The notes under the pieces were generated by a model. It was not told where the DNA came from and did no database searches. It saw only the letters and a program-made list of their open reading frames with translations. A DNA stretch of 63,532 bases, counting the filler, from Octopus bimaculoides (Eukaryota), in the NCBI RefSeq assembly GCF_001194135.2. It is 9 parts of 9 records of this genome, joined end to end, with 100 filler letters (N's around TTAATTAATTAA, not from the genome) between each part and the next. Parts side by side here need not be neighbours in the genome. Positions count along the whole stretch, not along the records: positions 59,623 to 62,105 come from NW_026329440.1; positions 62,206 to 63,532 come from NC_068995.1; 7 more parts are not named here. The stretch is one strand, 5' to 3'. Positions 60,737 through 63,532 of this stretch are shown here, piece by piece. The position numbers were made by a program, and so were the translations under genes. How positions within the stretch are numbered: position 1 is the stretch's first letter; every line of letters starts with the position of its first letter.

Positions 60737-61176
60737 ACGTCTTTCTCTCTCTCTTTATCTCTGTTTGTCTCTAGCAATCTTTCACTCGCTCTCTCTCTCT
60801 CTCTCTCTCTCCCTATATGTATACACACACACACACACAAATTATATAAACATATATGTGTTCTTGTGTGTTTACCTTTATATTTTGTTTAAGCCTGTGT
60901 GAAAATTAATCAGTTTATTCGATATCACATCCATATATGCATATATATAAACACACACGCACACACACACACACACACACATATATTCCTATGTGCATAC
61001 ACATACCTACATATACATAAACACACATATACACACACTCACACTCATACACACATATATATACACACACAATATACATACATATGTACATACATACACA
61101 TGCATCTACAGATGTGTAACTTATGTAAGTGATATGGCCGTATAAACATATGTAGAACCAGGTAGAAAATACATAC

Positions 61177-61231
<55 letters not shown>

Positions 61232-61508
61232 TATATATGTATACACACACACACTCACAAACACATACATACAATGCTGCATATAAACATATAAAAACTA
61301 TATATGTGATATATATATATCTACATATATACACACACACATATCACACACACACACACACACACACACCACACACACAAACATATATATATATGTATAT
61401 ATAAGTTTGTGTGTATGTGTAGGTATGAAAATGTATACGCATATATATAAACATACATATGTATACACACACACACACACATACATATATGAACAGATAG
61501 AAAGGTAG

Positions 61509-61544
<36 letters not shown>

Positions 61545-62056
61545 CATGAATATAAGTCTGTGTGTGTGTATGTGTAGATATTAAAATATATACACATATA
61601 CATAAAAATACATATGTATACACACACACACATGTATATGGACAGATAGAAAAATTGTAGGTGAGTGTATACATATGTATATATGTATATATACATATGT
61701 ATATATGTATATATACATATGTATATATGTATATACATAAATATGTATTAATAAATAAATACATAAATAAATAAATAAATAAATAAATATATATACACAC
61801 ACACACGTGCATTTGCACACGTGTATATTTATAAATACATAAGTATGTAAGCAATAGTCACTAGATAAAAACATACATTGGTAGACACACATATATGCAT
61901 ACACACAGAGGCATACCTATATTTTTACACACGCATACACACAAACACACACACATCTGTATACATACACATATATATTTATATAAGAACACATGCATAC
62001 ACTTCCATATATATAATTAGACATTTGATAAAATTATATATATATATATATATAAA

Positions 62057-62105
<49 letters not shown>
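60180..62105. repeat. About 1.9-kb degenerate CA/TA/CATA microsatellite field
   Basis: Read directly; source of the many Y/I/H/T/C/V ORFs. Confidence 0.92.
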
Positions 62106-62205
62106 NNNNNNNNNNNNNNNNNNNNNNNNNNNNNNNNNNNNNNNNNNNNTTAATTAATTAANNNNNNNNNNNNNNNNNNNNNNNNNNNNNNNNNNNNNNN
62201 NNNNN
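62106..62205. other. Artificial assembly linker 8
   Basis: 44 N + TTAATTAATTAA (62150-62161) + 44 N. Confidence 0.97.
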
Positions 62206-62399
62206 AAATTAGAGAAAAAACAAACACAATTATTTAATTCATCCATGAAAATCCACAATCACATGGATGAATTAAATAATTGTGGGTTTTTTCTCTAATT
62301 TATATATTGTGAAACCTAATTTAATTTTGATAAATTCCCTGTAAAATTGGAATTTTTCCCCTAATATTGCCATATATATATATATATATATAAGAGAAA

Positions 62400-62585
62400 G
62401 GCAAAGGGGTTGATACATCTTGGCACCAGTAATGTTGCAACTCATTTCTACAGCTGAGTGAACTGGAGCAACGTGAAGTAAAATGCCTTGCTCAAGAACA
62501 CAACACACAGCCCAGTCCAGGATTTGAACTTGCTACCTCAGGATTGGAAGCCCGACACTCTAACCACTGAGCCATCCGCCCTCAC
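62400..62585 (-). mobile_element. tRNA-derived CORE SINE family 3
   Basis: Minus strand gggcggatggctcagtggttagagtg (A box) ... agttcaaatcc (B box) ... tgtgttcttgagcaaggca CORE motif. Confidence 0.8.
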
Positions 62586-63477
62586 TTATTACAATAATAA
62601 CAAATTAATTAACTAACCATATAAAAATAATGATTTTTATTTGTTTTCTTGAGTACTTCTAATTACCAATGATAATTATTTCATGACATCCTCTCTGGTT
62701 TAATTAAAGCAATATCACAGCTATCCTTTAATCTCTCGTTCGTTCTCTCTCTTTCCTCTCACCTCCCTGTTTCACTAAACATTTCTACAATGCCTTTTTG
62801 CCTTCCCGTAATTATAATTCGATTATCCCAGTATGTTTCTGCCTTTTAGATCTTGGAACAATTTCCTATCTCCTGCAATGGCAGTGTAGTGAGGAAGCCC
62901 GCTTTATAAACACGTGTTTTCGGGTTCAATACCATTGTGCGGCATTTTGCACAAGTGTCTTCTATTATAAAACAAAGCCTTTTGTGTGAATTTAATAAAA
63001 GGAAGCTGTAAGGAAGCCTGTCATATATATGTATATGGATGTGTGTGTATATATATATGTGTGTTTGTGTGTGTAAAACAAAGGGTTCTCTGTGTGTCTT
63101 TCTGTGTAGTACGTATGCATTTCTACACGTAGAGGGAACAAAAAAGGGATTAAGTCGATTACATCGTCCCCAGTGCGTAACTGGTACTTATTCAATCGAC
63201 CCCGAAAGGATGCATACGCCCAATATATTAATAGATAATACAGACTTTGCTATGCGTGTGTTTCATGTTTTCTTCACTTTCTTCATTTTAAATTCGTCAG
63301 AGAGTTTGTATATTCTGTCCAAAGAAATCAAAATGAAAAAATAAGAATGTTGTAATTCGCTTTTTTTTTTTTAAATAGATATACCTACATTAAATATTTC
63401 TATTTAGTTGTTTGTATTAAATTCTGGTTCCCCCTGATATATTTTATATATACATGCTTTACAATACACACGCATAT

Positions 63478-63515
<38 letters not shown>

Positions 63516-63532
63516 CCATATATATATATATA

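Noticed and set aside
307-62153. Y/I/H/T/C/V-repeat ORFs and poly-Y/poly-T/poly-L ORFs
   Set aside because: Translations of CA, TA, CATA and ACT microsatellites; no domain content or splice support.
13346-62161. TTAATTAATTAA as a biological motif or homeodomain site
   Set aside because: Always flanked by exactly 44 N on each side; synthetic linker.

Overview
AT-rich, microsatellite-saturated eukaryotic genomic DNA, most likely an octopus or other coleoid cephalopod (inferred from the tRNA-derived SINE families and repeat landscape, not from a database search). The window is about nine assembled pieces joined by eight identical artificial linkers (44 N + TTAATTAATTAA + 44 N), plus about 22 sized N gaps, so adjacency across linkers is unproven. 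The only confidently recognised host gene is two consecutive C-terminal exons of 5-oxoprolinase (OPLAH) on the minus strand (28991-29151, 28131-28228). Neither exon appears correctly in the ORF track. The rest is transposon debris: three tRNA-SINE families, RTE and CR1-group LINE remnants, six remnants of RLE-type (R4/Dong/Hero-like) retrotransposons, Penelope-like elements (PLEs), Tc1/mariner (DD37D-like) remnants, hAT and mariner MITEs, and a Helentron-type element. The most interesting signal is a set of about eight type I hammerhead-ribozyme motifs from at least five unrelated sequence families, folded by eye. One has a fully canonical core, GUC site and clean stems (32488-32571). Two are near-intact (36027-36134, 59316-59399). 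One inverted pair carries a compensatory G3:C8 core, GUGAACA (12834-12964). Several sit in inverted pairs, one of them probably inside an OPLAH intron. PLE-associated hammerheads are a known phenomenon, so novelty would lie in these families and variants and in any host effect. No CRISPR array, rRNA or genuine tRNA gene was found. Nearly all long ORFs in the track are N-gap or microsatellite artefacts. Boundaries of degraded elements are approximate (about 10-30 bp); exon, linker and ribozyme coordinates were counted directly.
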